The position numbers and the translations under genes are program-made. DNA of 57,132 nucleotides, counting the filler, from Circinaria calcarea (lineage: Eukaryota), in NCBI GenBank assembly GCA_051942165.1. It is 2 parts of 2 records of this genome, joined end to end, with 100 filler letters (N's around TTAATTAATTAA, not from the genome) between each part and the next. Parts side by side here need not be neighbours in the genome. Positions count along the whole stretch, not along the records: positions 1 to 28,570 come from JAVECS010000054.1; 1 more part is not named here. One strand, written 5' to 3'. Of this stretch, positions 1-12,600 are shown piece by piece (the first letter of the stretch is position 1; every line of letters begins with the position of its first letter). Under the pieces are notes generated by a model that saw nothing but the letters and a program-made list of their open reading frames with translations, did not search any database and was not told the DNA's origin.

Positions 1-355
1 GAAGGAGGAGTAATGGGGAAACGAGGAAACGGGGTTCAAGACGGAGGGGGAGGGGATGGGGCGAAAGGATGTGGCCTTGTTGCGTGCGTGGATGCTATTG
101 GTGAAAGGCCTCTCTAGGGGGGACGGGACGCCTTGACTGATGATCATGTCCTCAACGACTGACATATATCATGACTTTTTTGCAAACAAAGACTTGGTGG
201 AAGTTTATAAAAAAAAGTACATTCAGCATGATCTCATGAGCTCCTCTATCGCCGTTTGCTAATGTGGGTATCTCTATGCAAAGCACCATGCCTCCTCGCC
301 CGTCGCTAAAAATGCGCAAACGCCAAAGATGATCCAGGGAGACGGACAGGTCGCA

Positions 356-2427
356 CTACCCGAGGTTTGCCAGTTGGGTCGCCAAACCTCCCTTGTCGTA
401 TTTGACGTATTTCCCCTTGCCCTTGTCGATCTCGTGGTAGCGGTCCCAGAATCGGGCGTACAGGGGCTCGATGAGGGTTTGGATTTCCCTCGCCAGCTGG
501 TTCCGGACGTCCCTCTCCATCCCCGAGGTCATTTCCCGGTGCCTTGCGCACAGTTCTTCGAACTTCGAGTTGAAGGTCTTGAACTTTTCCTTGATCCCGT
601 CTTTGTCCTTGCTCCCCAGCCCCTTGATCACGGCGGCCGAGTCTATCGCTCCGGTATTTCCGGAGGGGGGTCTTGCACCACGGTTCGTATATTGGACGTC
701 CATGAGAGCGGCGCATGGTTCTCTCCATGAGTCGAGGTAGGCTCCGGTACCTTTCTTGCGCCAGGCTTCGGCTTTAAAGGGAGAGCTCGTGGACAGTAGG
801 AGAGGCTGGAGATCGGAGGAGCGAACCATACGATCCGCGACGGCCACGTTGTTCGCTATGAAGATACCGACAAGCGCTTTCGACTTCATAATAATCCGAG
901 CCCTTGCTTCAAGTGCTGAGAGCAGATTGTCGAGGCTATCGTGCACATAATGGGCGATGAGTTGGTTTCCATTTACGCCATTTTCATTCGATGCCGTCGA
1001 AGGGAGAGACGAGGATGATATGTTTGTTGCGGCAGAGGGGGATGACCAGTTGCCGTCTCCGAGAGAAATAAGGGTAGAAGCTAAAGACTGAGGGTATGAC
1101 ACAAGTGTTTGGAGATGAACAACCACTTCAGTCGTAATCGGTAGGGCTGCCCCGTCGATCGGAAGAGCTATCATGTTGCCAATGCGGCGCCGGACATCGT
1201 CGAGCAGCTCCGGAAGAGACAATTTGGCTGTATCGCGGATAGGTCGAAGAGCGTCTATTAATTGCTGCTTTAGTTGGCCAGTCTCGTGGTCTATGCGAGA
1301 TGCAAGGCGATTGACGGTGTCGACGACTTCAAAAGCTAAGAAACAGTCCATGGTAATGCTCGACCTGATTTGCGTGTTCATTTCACGAAGAGTTTTTGCG
1401 AATTCCGTAAGAGTTTGGTGAGTGGTCATTTCGAAGACTGTCCCCCATTTTTCGCGCGCAAAGATCGCGGTAAGATTCTGCCACTCCGCAATGAGCATGC
1501 CTTCAATCCCACTTGTGTACGTGCCAATGCCACTTGTACCCTGACGATACGTTTCGCCTGCACTCTTCTTCCGTGACATGCTAACCGAAGCTGATGCCAG
1601 ATTCTGCAAGCTTGTACAGAGATAGCTCCCCCGTATATCTACATAGACGCGTACTGCCGGATTTGCCTCTTGAGCGTTTGTTAGATTCCGTGATGGATTT
1701 GAGGAGAGAAACGAGTTGATGGATGCAAGATCTGATAACTTGTTCTGCGGAAGTGTTGGAAAAGGAATTTCTGGCTGGGTCAGCTACATGCTGTAGAGAT
1801 ATACTCGAGATACACTCACGCTTTGTGATAAAATGTAGTGGCTCAATCTTTTGTGCGTTCGCTAGTAAGGTGGATTCGTACAAGTCTTCAAGGCTACCAT
1901 TCCCATGACGCACGAGATGCCAAAGTTCGTCGACAGCTTGTTGGTTTACTCGTAGTGGTTTCGATTCCAATTTAGATAGCATGTTTTCGACACGCTCTAA
2001 AGATGCTATATATGTTGGTACACCAACTTTGCTTGGACTAAACAACGGTCAGTCCTGGGTACAGTTGTTGAGCTAATACAGAATACCTACCCTTCGCGGA
2101 TAATATTCTCCTCTTTACCCCTTCCTTCCAACGGCTTCTGCCAAGTTTCTATCACCGCAAGCACCTTGTTCACATCTAGCACATCAGATTAGTCTTGGTC
2201 AGGTCACGAAGGAAGAATGACAGCGTACTATCATTTATAACATGCAACGGCTGTGTATTGCTGTAGACTGGTCCCATTGCTTCTTGCAGAATCTGTCCAC
2301 TCGTTTCCAACCTCTGCATAGAAGCCTTCATCTTCTTCCCTAGTTCCTGAAACTTCTTTGCTTCGGCGAACAGAACCTCGACTTCAGCCCGTTCTTCAGC
2401 GAACGCGGCATTGCGTGAGTTGACCAT
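356..2427 (-). CDS. EXO70: Exocyst complex subunit Exo70 (multi-exon)
   Basis: Starts MVNSRNAAFAEERAEVEVL. C-terminal IFIANN, KDKDGIKEKFKTFNSKFEEL and YARFWDRY..IDKGKGKYVKYDK are typical of fungal Exo70. ORFs 2176-2622, 1581-2045 and 356-1609 are joined by GT-AG introns. Confidence 0.93.
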
Positions 2428-2577
2428 TACAACGTAGATTGAAGGTGGCGGTGGGGGATCGCGCAAGTCTCTGCAAACAAATCCTTTCCCAAAGTTCCTT
2501 GCTAGGCACACGAAAAGCTTCTGCGCGAGCTTCGCCGGTTTCACGTGACACTTGTCATCGTTGGATGGGAGCAGCGC

Positions 2578-2667
2578 AAGCTCAAAGAACGCGAGCACAA
2601 GAAGCTCAAAGAACGCGAGCACGAGAAGCTCAACTGGCTCAACTGGCTCAACCGGCTCAACTGGAAG
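2578..2667. repeat. Compound tandem repeat: 2 x 24 bp followed by 4 x 9 bp
   Basis: aagctcaaagaacgcgagcacaag / aagctcaaagaacgcgagcacgag, then (ctcaactgg)x4 with one variant (ctcaaccgg), in the divergent EXO70-phospholipase intergenic region. Confidence 0.9.
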
Positions 2668-3012
2668 GGGGGCTTCGACCTGCTGCCGAGCGCGTTCAAG
2701 GACTATGTGATTGAAAGGTTAGATGCATGATGTGAAGCTTCTAAAAGAGAGAAGCGTACATTCCCCTCTTAGCTCTTCTAGAAGTGGGGAGTCGGCTCTA
2801 ATAAGGTTGAACTCAAACATAACCTCAGTGTGCCGTCTGAGCCTATTGCCCAAATCATCCATCTCGGTCCGATAGTTAATGCGGTGATATGTCAAAGTCG
2901 GGGAGTCGGCATTTGTGTTTTGGGGAGGATGACGTCTTGCCAAGAGATGGTACCTGAAGCTTAATTACCTATGCCCACCTTCAGAAGATGCACTTTCACA
3001 TGATCCGACGCG

Positions 3013-5460
3013 ATGATCCGATGGATTTTGACGCGTTCGAAAAATGCGCATACTCACAGCTTCTTACTGTTGACCGGCTCTCTTCTAGTCTACGGTAGTT
3101 CTAACAAGAAAGCTGCCTTGCGCAGTGACAGTGACGGTAAAGTCGAATGGCCCCGAAGTCGAGAAGTAGCCATTGGGCAAAGGGAACGGAATGTTGCGCA
3201 ATCGCAGAAACTTCCACGAGGGACCTCCCCCAACTCCGATACAAACGTTGAGGCTGAAAGGCTGCCAGAGGTTGTGGATGAGAGCATCAACAGCGCTTGG
3301 GCATCAGTCACCTCAACATTCGCAACGGCGAGCTCCTCCATCACCGCAGTTGAATGGTCTACTATTGGTGATAGTATTACGGATTACATCCTTCCAGAAT
3401 GGGCCAGATACTTGCCGGGATATCTCATGAAACTGCAGCTGGAGATGGAAATGGCACCTGGTTCACTCGCAGACGAGATATTGCAAGAGTCCGAGGATGT
3501 CTATAAGAACCCGGAAGTTGCCTGGAAGGCAAACGTAAGGATCGGGAAGGACCTGTGCTCGGAAGAGAAGGCCTTTCAAGCACTCAGAAAGCGGTATACT
3601 ACCAAGGCATTGGCAAAGTATTTGGGTTTGTCGGAAGAGGATGTGGACCCTGAAGATGTACCTACAATTGCAATGTGCGGGTCTGGCGGTGGTCTTCGAG
3701 CACTGGTGGCTGGGACAGGTTCGTATCTGAGTGCGCAAGAAGCAGGTCTGTTCGATTGCGTGACCTACACAGCAGGGGTCAGTGGTAGCTGCTGGCTACA
3801 GACACTATATAATTCGAGTGTAGGGGGTAGAAGTCACGACAGAGTGGTCGAGCATCTAAAGCGGCGGATTGGAGTTCACATAGCATATCCTCCCACGGCC
3901 TTGGGTTTATTGACGACAGCACCCACGAACAAATATCTCCTCTCCGGTTACATTGAGAGGCTTAAAGGCGATTCGGCTGCGGAATTCGGTTTGGTAGATA
4001 TATACGGCCTTCTCTTAGCTGCTAGATTACTGGTCCCGAGATTTGATCTCAACGTTGTTGACAGTGACCTCAAACTCTCAAATCAGCGGGTATACCTTGA
4101 GAAGGGCAGAAATCCCTTACCTATTTACACAGCTGTGAGGCATGAGATACCCCTAGACGAAAATACATCGGAGAGCGAGATGGCTCAAGGTGCTGCTTCA
4201 GAAGAGACCAAAGAGATTGCCAGGAAGGAATCTTGGTTCCAGTGGTTTGAGTTTACGCCGTATGAATTCTGGTGTGAAGAACTCGAAGCCGGTATACCGA
4301 CTTGGAGTGTAGGACGACAGTTTCAGGCTGGTCACGATATCCCCCGTGGAAGTGGACTTGGTCTTCCGGAACTTCGGGTTCCTCTACTAATGGGTGTGTC
4401 ATCTGTCTTATGCATACCGTGTCTGTTGTAGAATATGTCTATTGACTTTTTCTCGATAGGTATATGGGGATCTGCTTTCTGTGCTACCTTATCGCACTAT
4501 TACAAGGAGATACGACCATTCGTGAAGGGACTGGCGGGTTTCGGTGGAATCGACCAGTTGATTGAAGAGAGGGATGAGGACCTCATCAAAGTTCACCCTA
4601 TTGGCGCAGCAAGTATTCCAAACTATGCACTGGGCCTCAAAGACCGATTACCATCAACATGCCCCAACAGCATATTTAGTTCATCCCATCTTCAATTGAT
4701 GGACGCAGGCATGTCGAACAATTTACCAATCTACCCTCTTTTACGGCCAGGTCGTGAGATAGACATCCTCATTGCCTTTGACGCATCGGCAGATATTAAG
4801 AAGGAGAACTGGCTTTCCGTCGTTGACGGCTATGCGAAACAGCGAGGTATCAAAGGATGGCCGACCAGCGCAGGGTGGCCCAAGGAGGATGCCTCCAAAG
4901 ACGAGATCACACAAGAATTGGAAGCAGCGTCGGCTGCCAGTGCGCAGGAGGCAGCAGGCAAAATCGCCGAAGCTCGAGAGCGTCAGCGAGAGACGCACAA
5001 TGCTACCGAAGCCGCTATAAGCCAAAATAAGCATACCGACGAGAAGGAGGATGACTTGGGTTATTGCACGGTGTGGATCGGCACCACCCGAGAGCGAACA
5101 AGTTCAGACGAACGTCCTCAATCCAAACGTGTCAATCCTGACGCCGATTGGAAGCTCCTCGAGCCCAACGATGGCCTTGCTGTAATCTACTTCCCATTTC
5201 TCCCCAATCCCAAAGTTGAGGGTGTCGACCCAAACACATCTGGTTTCATGTCCACTTGGAATTTCGTGTACACGCCCGAGGAGATTGACAAAGTCGTGGC
5301 GCTGGCGAGGGCGAATTTCGAAGAAGGGAAAGAGCAAACGAAGAGGACCGTCAGAGCGGTGTATGAGAGGAAGAGAAACGCAAGACTTGCGAGGGAAGAA
5401 AGGGCCAGTATTGCAAAATGGAGGAGGAGAGTTAGAGAGCATGGAGACCATTTTCTGTGA
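3013..5460 (+). CDS. Cytosolic phospholipase A2-like / lysophospholipase (PLA2_B family)
   Basis: CGSGGGLRA oxyanion motif, AGVSGSCW nucleophile, NPLPIYTAV, WFEFTPYE, GIWGSAF and LMDAGMSNNLP catalytic Asp. One intron at about 4394-4459. Confidence 0.9.
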
Positions 5461-5794
5461 TCCTTTCGTGACTGACAGTACATTGAAAGATACCCCTTGC
5501 TAATTGCATATATGTTGATGCATGATGGTTATTCTCCCGTGTATTTATATCGGTTGTTCACTCGATAAACACTCTATGATACCTCATTAATGACTTTTTG
5601 GTGGAGATCGTAAGGAATTACTGACAGCGTGCATGAAATGACTGAATCCAGCTTAGTGTTGGGAGAGGGGAGCGCTAATTTGCTCTAATCCTCTGTAGCA
5701 TCTAAATTGGTGAGTACCAATTCTACATTACCAGTTGCACTGTCATCTCCAAGAAAGACAATACAACTTAACTGATCAACTTGACAACTGCATA

Positions 5795-7637
5795 ATGCTT
5801 GCCCAAGCAATAGCGGAAGAAGATATCAAGCGCGACTCGGCACCAGACGACAGTCGCCGGTCTCCCCATTATTCACTATTCACAAGGGGCGAAAAGCGCT
5901 GGATTGTGATCCTGATTGCCTTTGCAGGGTGGTTCTCAACTCTCAGCAGCTTCATATATTATCCAGCTATTACGTCTCTTGCCATAGACTTACACACTAC
6001 TATATCCAAGATCAATCTAACCATAACTTCGTATCTTATAATCTCTGGATTCGTCCCCTCGATCATTGGCGACGCTGCCGATATGTTTGGCAGAAGGCCT
6101 ATATGTATAGTCTGTTTGGCAATCTATATCGCTGCCAACGTTGGGCTTGCGCTTCAGAGTTCTTTCCCGGCCTTGTTCTGCCTTCGAATGCTCCAGAGCG
6201 CTGGAATTTCTGGTACGAAGGGGATCTCCTTTCGATGAGGAGGACGACTTAAAAGTAGCCTGGCAAGTTAGCATAGGCTCACGTACTTCAGGTACCTTCG
6301 CTATTGCTTACGGAGTCGTAGCAGACATTGCAGGTCCTAGTGAGAGAGGATCTCTCATAGGTATTGTCTCGTTCGGGTATGTGAACCTTAATTCTTGCTT
6401 CCTTGTGGGCTGTGGTTGTAGCTGACCGCGAATCTAGTACGAACACTGCACCTAGTCTTGGCCCGGTCGTAGGTGGTCTTCTCGCAGCCCATCTAGGGTG
6501 GCGATCAATCTTCGTATTCCTGAGTATAATGTCTGGGGTTTGCTTGATCCTAGTCGCTATCACATTGCCTGAGACTGCTCGGAAAGTCGTTGGTAATGGA
6601 AGCATCCCAGGAAGGGCCATAAATCGTCTGCCATTTCCTAGACTATTTAGTGTTACCTGGGATAACCGTCAAAAAGACCAAAGTATTCGAGGTAGGCGAT
6701 ATCTACCCAATCCATTGACGTGTATCTACTGCATGTTCCAAAAAGGTACCGCAATAGTTATACTTTGCATTTCAGTTCTTTATATGGCCTATTCATGTCT
6801 CCAAGCTTCTCTTTCTTCAGTTTCCATTGAAATCTATAACTTGACGGAAATGCAAGCGGGGCTCATTTACCTACCCTTTGGCTTTGGTTGCGCCGTTGCA
6901 GCATACACGACTGGTGAGCAATGGCCAGCACAGCACACTGAATATTACCGTGTTCCCACTTATTCATTAATAGGTAGGCTTCTCGATCGAGATTATCGGC
7001 TCACAGCCAAGGATCACGATCTCCAAGTGGATATAACCCACGGTGATGATCCGCTTGAATTTCCAATTGAAGCAGCCCGCTTAAGGAGCTTTTTCTATGC
7101 TTACAGTATCGGGGCGGCTGCAGTGACCGGCTACGGCTGGTCTATCCAAGCTAAAGCTGTAAGTAGGTGTGCCTACACTGTGGAGGGTCTGGCTTATGGC
7201 GTGAAGCATATTGCTGTACCTCTTGTACTCCAGTTTATCACAGGCAGTATGATACAGTCCTGCTTCACTGTGAGTACTGGCAGCACCACAATTTTCACTA
7301 ATAGTATACCATAGTGCTAATCATCTGAACATGTGTTCTATAGATTCTCAATACTCTGCTGGTTGATCTGAATCCACAGTCTCCATCTACCGCCCAGGCC
7401 TCATGTAACTTGATAAGGTGTGCACTCGCTGCAACGGGGCTCGCAGTGATACAAAAGATGATTGAGAGCATTGGAGTAGGTTGGTGTTTTACAGTTTTCA
7501 CTGGACTTGTCTTATTATGTATACCCCCGCTGCTCTTGCAGCGATCCAAGGGTTGGAAATGGAGACGAGAGGCAGGCGTCAAGGAACACAGCGCGATACC
7601 AGAAACAACACATCACCCAAGCCTTACGAAATGTTAA
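5795..7637 (+). CDS. MFS drug:H+ antiporter (DHA1/QDR-like), multi-exon
   Basis: SSFIYYPAI, INLTITSY, ADMFGRRP (MFS motif A), LRMLQSAGIS, PSLGPVVGG, LGWRSIF, LPET and LLVDLNPQSPSTAQASCNLIRC across spliced exons. Confidence 0.88.
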
Positions 7638-7720
7638 GCGGCTTTTGGATTAGAACGGTGGTTCAAATGAGGATTTAACTAGTTCATAGCGGAAAACCAT
7701 GTCTGATCCGATCAACTCTA

Positions 7721-9040
7721 TCAATGGATCTTCACAACACGCATCTGTTGGTTACCTTCGTTGATCGTTGGGGACGCCCCATCCTTCTCGTCGATCTCCG
7801 ACGTTGTCATCCCCACCACGGTCCCGTTTTCTATCTGAGTTCCGTATCTTTCCAAAAGGTAAGACAGGTCCTCATATGCTCTACTTGTTGTTAGTTATAT
7901 CAACTTGTGAAAAGTTTTCCAATATATGTTAGCTTACTGGTTTCTGACGTTCGTACCAGGGACATGGGCTGAGTACATCAACTTCGTCTTGACGCTATAC
8001 AATCGGTTGCGATCATCCCATTCCTCGGTAGGCTCGCTGGGCTCGAAATTCCGCAGATACTCTCTTTTATACGCCTTGGCTTTCATCCGATGATGATCAG
8101 TTCTCCACATCCCAATCTCCATCTCGTTATGCGCATAGTAAGAACACGCATCGAAGAGATATATGTTACCACTTGCGAAGTCCGTACCAATGTTTCCCTC
8201 CCAGAGATCGCCGTGTATCAAACACGGTTTCACCGTCCTTCCATTGGACTCTAGTACACCAAGCAGCCGTGGTATTACTCGTACAATCGTCTTCTCAACG
8301 ATGTCCTCAAGCTCCTTCCAGGTTCCATTGACTTTGACATCTAGGCGCAGAATGCCAGCCAGCAAATTACCGAAAAATGAAGACCAGCTGCTATCCCAAC
8401 CTACTATCTGGGGCAGTTTCCCGTCATAGGTCGGAACGTGAAAGCCAAACTTCCCCGTGGGAGACACGCTTGTCTGGTGGAGTTCTGCCAAACGCGCGCC
8501 GAGTCTGACTGGATCGGGGAGTCTGTCACTGATATCCAGGAATTGACACAGAAAGAAGTACATCTCCTTCGAATAGAATTGCCCATAACCATAGGGCTTT
8601 GGAACTAGTGTTGGAATTGTCTCGGGAAATATCAGCGCCCTCTACATCGTCATCTATTCGAGGGAAAGGGGGCCTAATGTCCAACATACCTGATATAGTT
8701 CCTTCATAGCATAGTATTCGCCTTCTAGTTGTGCCTTACCGGAGGCCTCCGTAGTGCACTGTTATAAACAATGTATAAGGGTTTCTTATATATACATACA
8801 TAACAACATCTGGGCTTGTAATCAAACCTTGAGGAAGTATCTTGCAGGTGTCCCATCAGAGTCCTTGGCGTTGATACGCGCAGTTATGGACCAAGCCGAG
8901 GAGCCATAGCTGTCAGCCGAAAGGATCTTAGTTCCCGCTGGCAGTACTGTTTTTGAAACACGTTAATGAAAACATTCAACATAAGATTAAAACAACCAGC
9001 ATGCGAATTGATGTTTCTTGATATGAATTCTGTTATACAT
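7721..9040 (-). CDS. Fructosamine/ribulosamine-3-kinase-like protein (APH-like kinase fold); 5' end uncertain
   Basis: Exons read YGSSAWSITARI..RYFLK / LEGEYYAMKEL / VPKPYGYG..YFFLC..LAELHQTSVSPTGKFGFHVPT..PCLIHGDLWEGNIG..FDACSYYAHNEMEIGMW..EEWDDRNRLYS. Last exon AYEDLSYLLERYG ends at TGA 7721. The first exon was not resolved. Confidence 0.82.
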
Positions 9041-9659
9041 GGGGTAAGCTCTGGGGTTTTGATTGTGAAAGACTTGCTAACCTCCAAAAACAGCGTCATC
9101 TAGCCTAAAATTGCCTGAAATTTCATCTCGCATCTTCTCCGCTATGATTTTCTTTGCCTTCAGTGAAAATGCCTTAATAATAGCAAGTGTATTGCTTTGG
9201 GTACATCCTAGCCGTACACATATTCATTTGGCGGGTTCAACTCTTCTTAAACTTTGAATCTGCTACTATCGCGCTGATTCTTATTGAATGGTGGGTTGGC
9301 CCCACTCCTTCTCGGCTGCGTGCCTTGTGCCACATTTAACGCTCCACCCCTATTGGGTGTAGATTACGGTTGCTTTGTGTCCTAAGCACGTTTACTTCAC
9401 ATCTTTGCGTTAACGCTTTGATATAATTCGCTGAATAGCCGCTATGTGTAAGCTGTGGAAGTATTGTGGCACTATTTCCCGTATTTACTCCCACCATCTC
9501 CCGTAATTTAGGAAGGGCTAGGCTATACGTGGCGTGCGACTACAGGGGGGTGGATCTCCTTGTCGAAATCCTTTATCCGAGCGTCGTTACAATCTCCCAG
9601 AGGTTGCGTGTGCATTTACAGGTACTGCGGGCGAACCTACCCTTTTTTACCTAGATGCA

Positions 9660-12600
9660 ATGGTGAGCTTACTATCCCTAAGTCTAAGCCTCGACTTTTA
9701 GCTATGCTAACATTATTCATAGTGGAGGAAATTTCACAATCGGAAGGCTCAGGCCCTGAATCAACCACCCAAGGATCAATTCCGACAAGCTTCACTAGCG
9801 CCTACAGCAACTGAGCAGGACTCCAGAAGGAGCTCTACGGCTACAGAAGCAGTGCACACTCCTGATAACCTGGGAGACGTTAATCGATGGCCGAGTGAGC
9901 GGAGTCATATATCGAAGTTCGAGGTATCGCGGGATAATCTTAACGTTGGTCTACGCGATGCAAGGGAGAGGTCGCAAGAGCGTAAGAAAGACCCTCTTGG
10001 GCTGACAGTCCTCTTCGCACCTCAAGCTCCCCGCTCAGCAGATATCATATTCATACATGGTTTAGGGGGAACTAGTTTTCAGACATGGTCCAAGAATAGA
10101 GACCCTGAGCTATGTTGGCCCCAGAAATGGCTTCCGTTGGACCATGAGATTTGCACAGCTAGGATCCTAACCTTTGGCTATAATGCGCATTTCTCTTCCA
10201 CCGGACCAAATTCCATAAATGGCATCTCCGACTTTGCAAAGGCTCTACTCTTTGATATGAAATATGGGAAGAATGAAGATTCAGAGAATCTTGGTATTGG
10301 AGACGTATGTTGAAAGAACGGCCACTTTGCGGTATACTTATATATTTAAGGTACCAATTGTATTCGTTGTTCATTCCATGGGTGGCCTTGTATTTAAAAA
10401 GGTATATTTTTCAATTTCCATGTTACCTGACCTTTGGATACTGGATTTATATAAGCAATAGTAAAAACTATGCTATGTCTTCTTTAATTACTACCCACTC
10501 TTCTCATACGATACATGCTAAGCTATGTAGGCATATGTACAAGCTCTGAATAACCCGGATTATAAAGATACCACTGCAAACATCCACGCAGTCGTCTTTT
10601 TATCAACGCCTCATCGTGGAACCAACTTGGCCTTGATCCTGAATCGCATCCTAGCTGCGTCGATCATGGGACATAATCCGAAGCAGTATATCTCGGAACT
10701 TAACAAGAATTCATCATTTATCGAGGGCTTGAATGAAGATTTTCGGAACGTTGCCTCTAGACTGCAAATCTTCTCCTTTTATGAGACTTGCGAAACGTCG
10801 GTTGCTTTCAAAAGCATGGTACGGCTTACAGGCGCACATGACTAAGCAAACACTCTAACCGCAAGTCTACAGATGGTACTAGAGAAAGAGTCGTCAGTCC
10901 TTGGCTATCCGGGAGAAATATCACGGCCTCTGAACGCGGATCATCATGATGTTTGCAAGTTTTCTAGCCCGGAGGATCCCAATTACAAAAGCGTCAAATC
11001 AGCGCTCATAACTCTCGTATCTGAACACCGCATAGCAAGTAAGTTCTGCGGTCATTCTCGAATTATACGGCTATGACTAACTAATGGACACTTTAGACAT
11101 GCAAAGAAACAGGGTTAAATCCGCCGCAGATATAAGTAAAGTCGAAGAACTTCTTGCTGTTTCGAAGGCCCCTGAGGAAGACTACATCGAGTCTAGAGAT
11201 CGGTGGGAACCTGGAACGTGTGAGGGGATTCTATCCAATCCAGTTTTCATTCAGTGGACCAGACCATCATCGACGGAAAGTGTTCTGTGGACATATGGTC
11301 GACCTGGTAGGGGTAAATCGGTTCAAGCTTCGTATCTTATAAACCATTTCTCTGAGTGTGGTTGCTACTGCTCATATTACTTCTTCAAGTATTTCGATGC
11401 TGCTAAACGATCTCCAGCTTCACTTCTCCGCTCTATTGCATTCCAGGTAGCTAGCCAGCTAGCTCCTTTTCAAGAGTTTCTAACAGGTTTAAGCAATGAT
11501 GGGCTACGGCTTGATAAAACCGACGCGCGAACGATATGGCAAAAAGTTTTTGTCTCTGGATTATTTGAGCTACAGTCTCCCAGACCACTTTACTGGATTA
11601 TTGACGCGCTGGATGAGGCAGACTCTGTAAGCATAGTCATCGAGATTCTCTCCAGTGTTCCCGCAGCAAAGCTTCCTATCAGGGTTCTGATTACGAGCCG
11701 AGAACTTCCTGCAATTACTACGGCTTTCCAGAGAGTATCGCCGCCGGTTGTTAGAATCTGCTTAGACGATAACGCCGATGATATAAAGTATTACGCTGCC
11801 ACTGAAATGGAGTATATGCATGGTAGCAGTGGGTTCCGCCAAGACATTATTACCCGAGTCGTCGAACAGGCTGAAGGGAACTTCTTGTGGGTCCACCTCG
11901 CTGTCAAGCAAATCATGCAATGTCACAGTCCGGAAGATATCCAGCAAGCACTGGAGGCGCTCCCGCCTGGGATGGATGCGTTATACAAGCGTATGGAGAC
12001 AAGCGTCGCTGGTTTACCAAGAGCTATAGATCGGTCTCTGTCATGTGCCATTTTGACCTGGGCCACCCACGCAAGACGCCCTTTAGATGTGAAGGAGCTC
12101 CTTAGTGCTTTGCAACCGGAGTTTTCAGCAATACTGGACTTGAGCTTTACAATTAGCCAGGTGTGTGGACATTTTGTTTCCATTGGCGTTAACAATCGCG
12201 TTACCTTGATCCATGAGACAGCCCGCGAATATCTAATAAACGCCACGGATCTGCCATTCTCACTTTCCTCCAAGGCTGCGCATGAATTGCTCTGTGCCAA
12301 GAGTTTGTCGCTATTCCTCGACCGGAATATACGCTCCAAGGTCAGTCAGAAGACTTTGCCCCCGTTTTACCATTATGCCGCAACGTCTTGGGCCTATCAT
12401 CTGAAGTTGACTACAGCCGCCTCAGATACTATTCTTGACTCCCTGGTCAAATTCTTTCAAGGCTCTGGCATATTACCATGGATACAATTCCTTGCCGTGG
12501 TAAAGCAACTTAAGGTTTTGGTATTCACCTCCGAGAGTCTTACCTGCTTCATACAGAAGAGACGAAAGCTTGACGCAGCCAAAATGCCTTTACTTCATCG

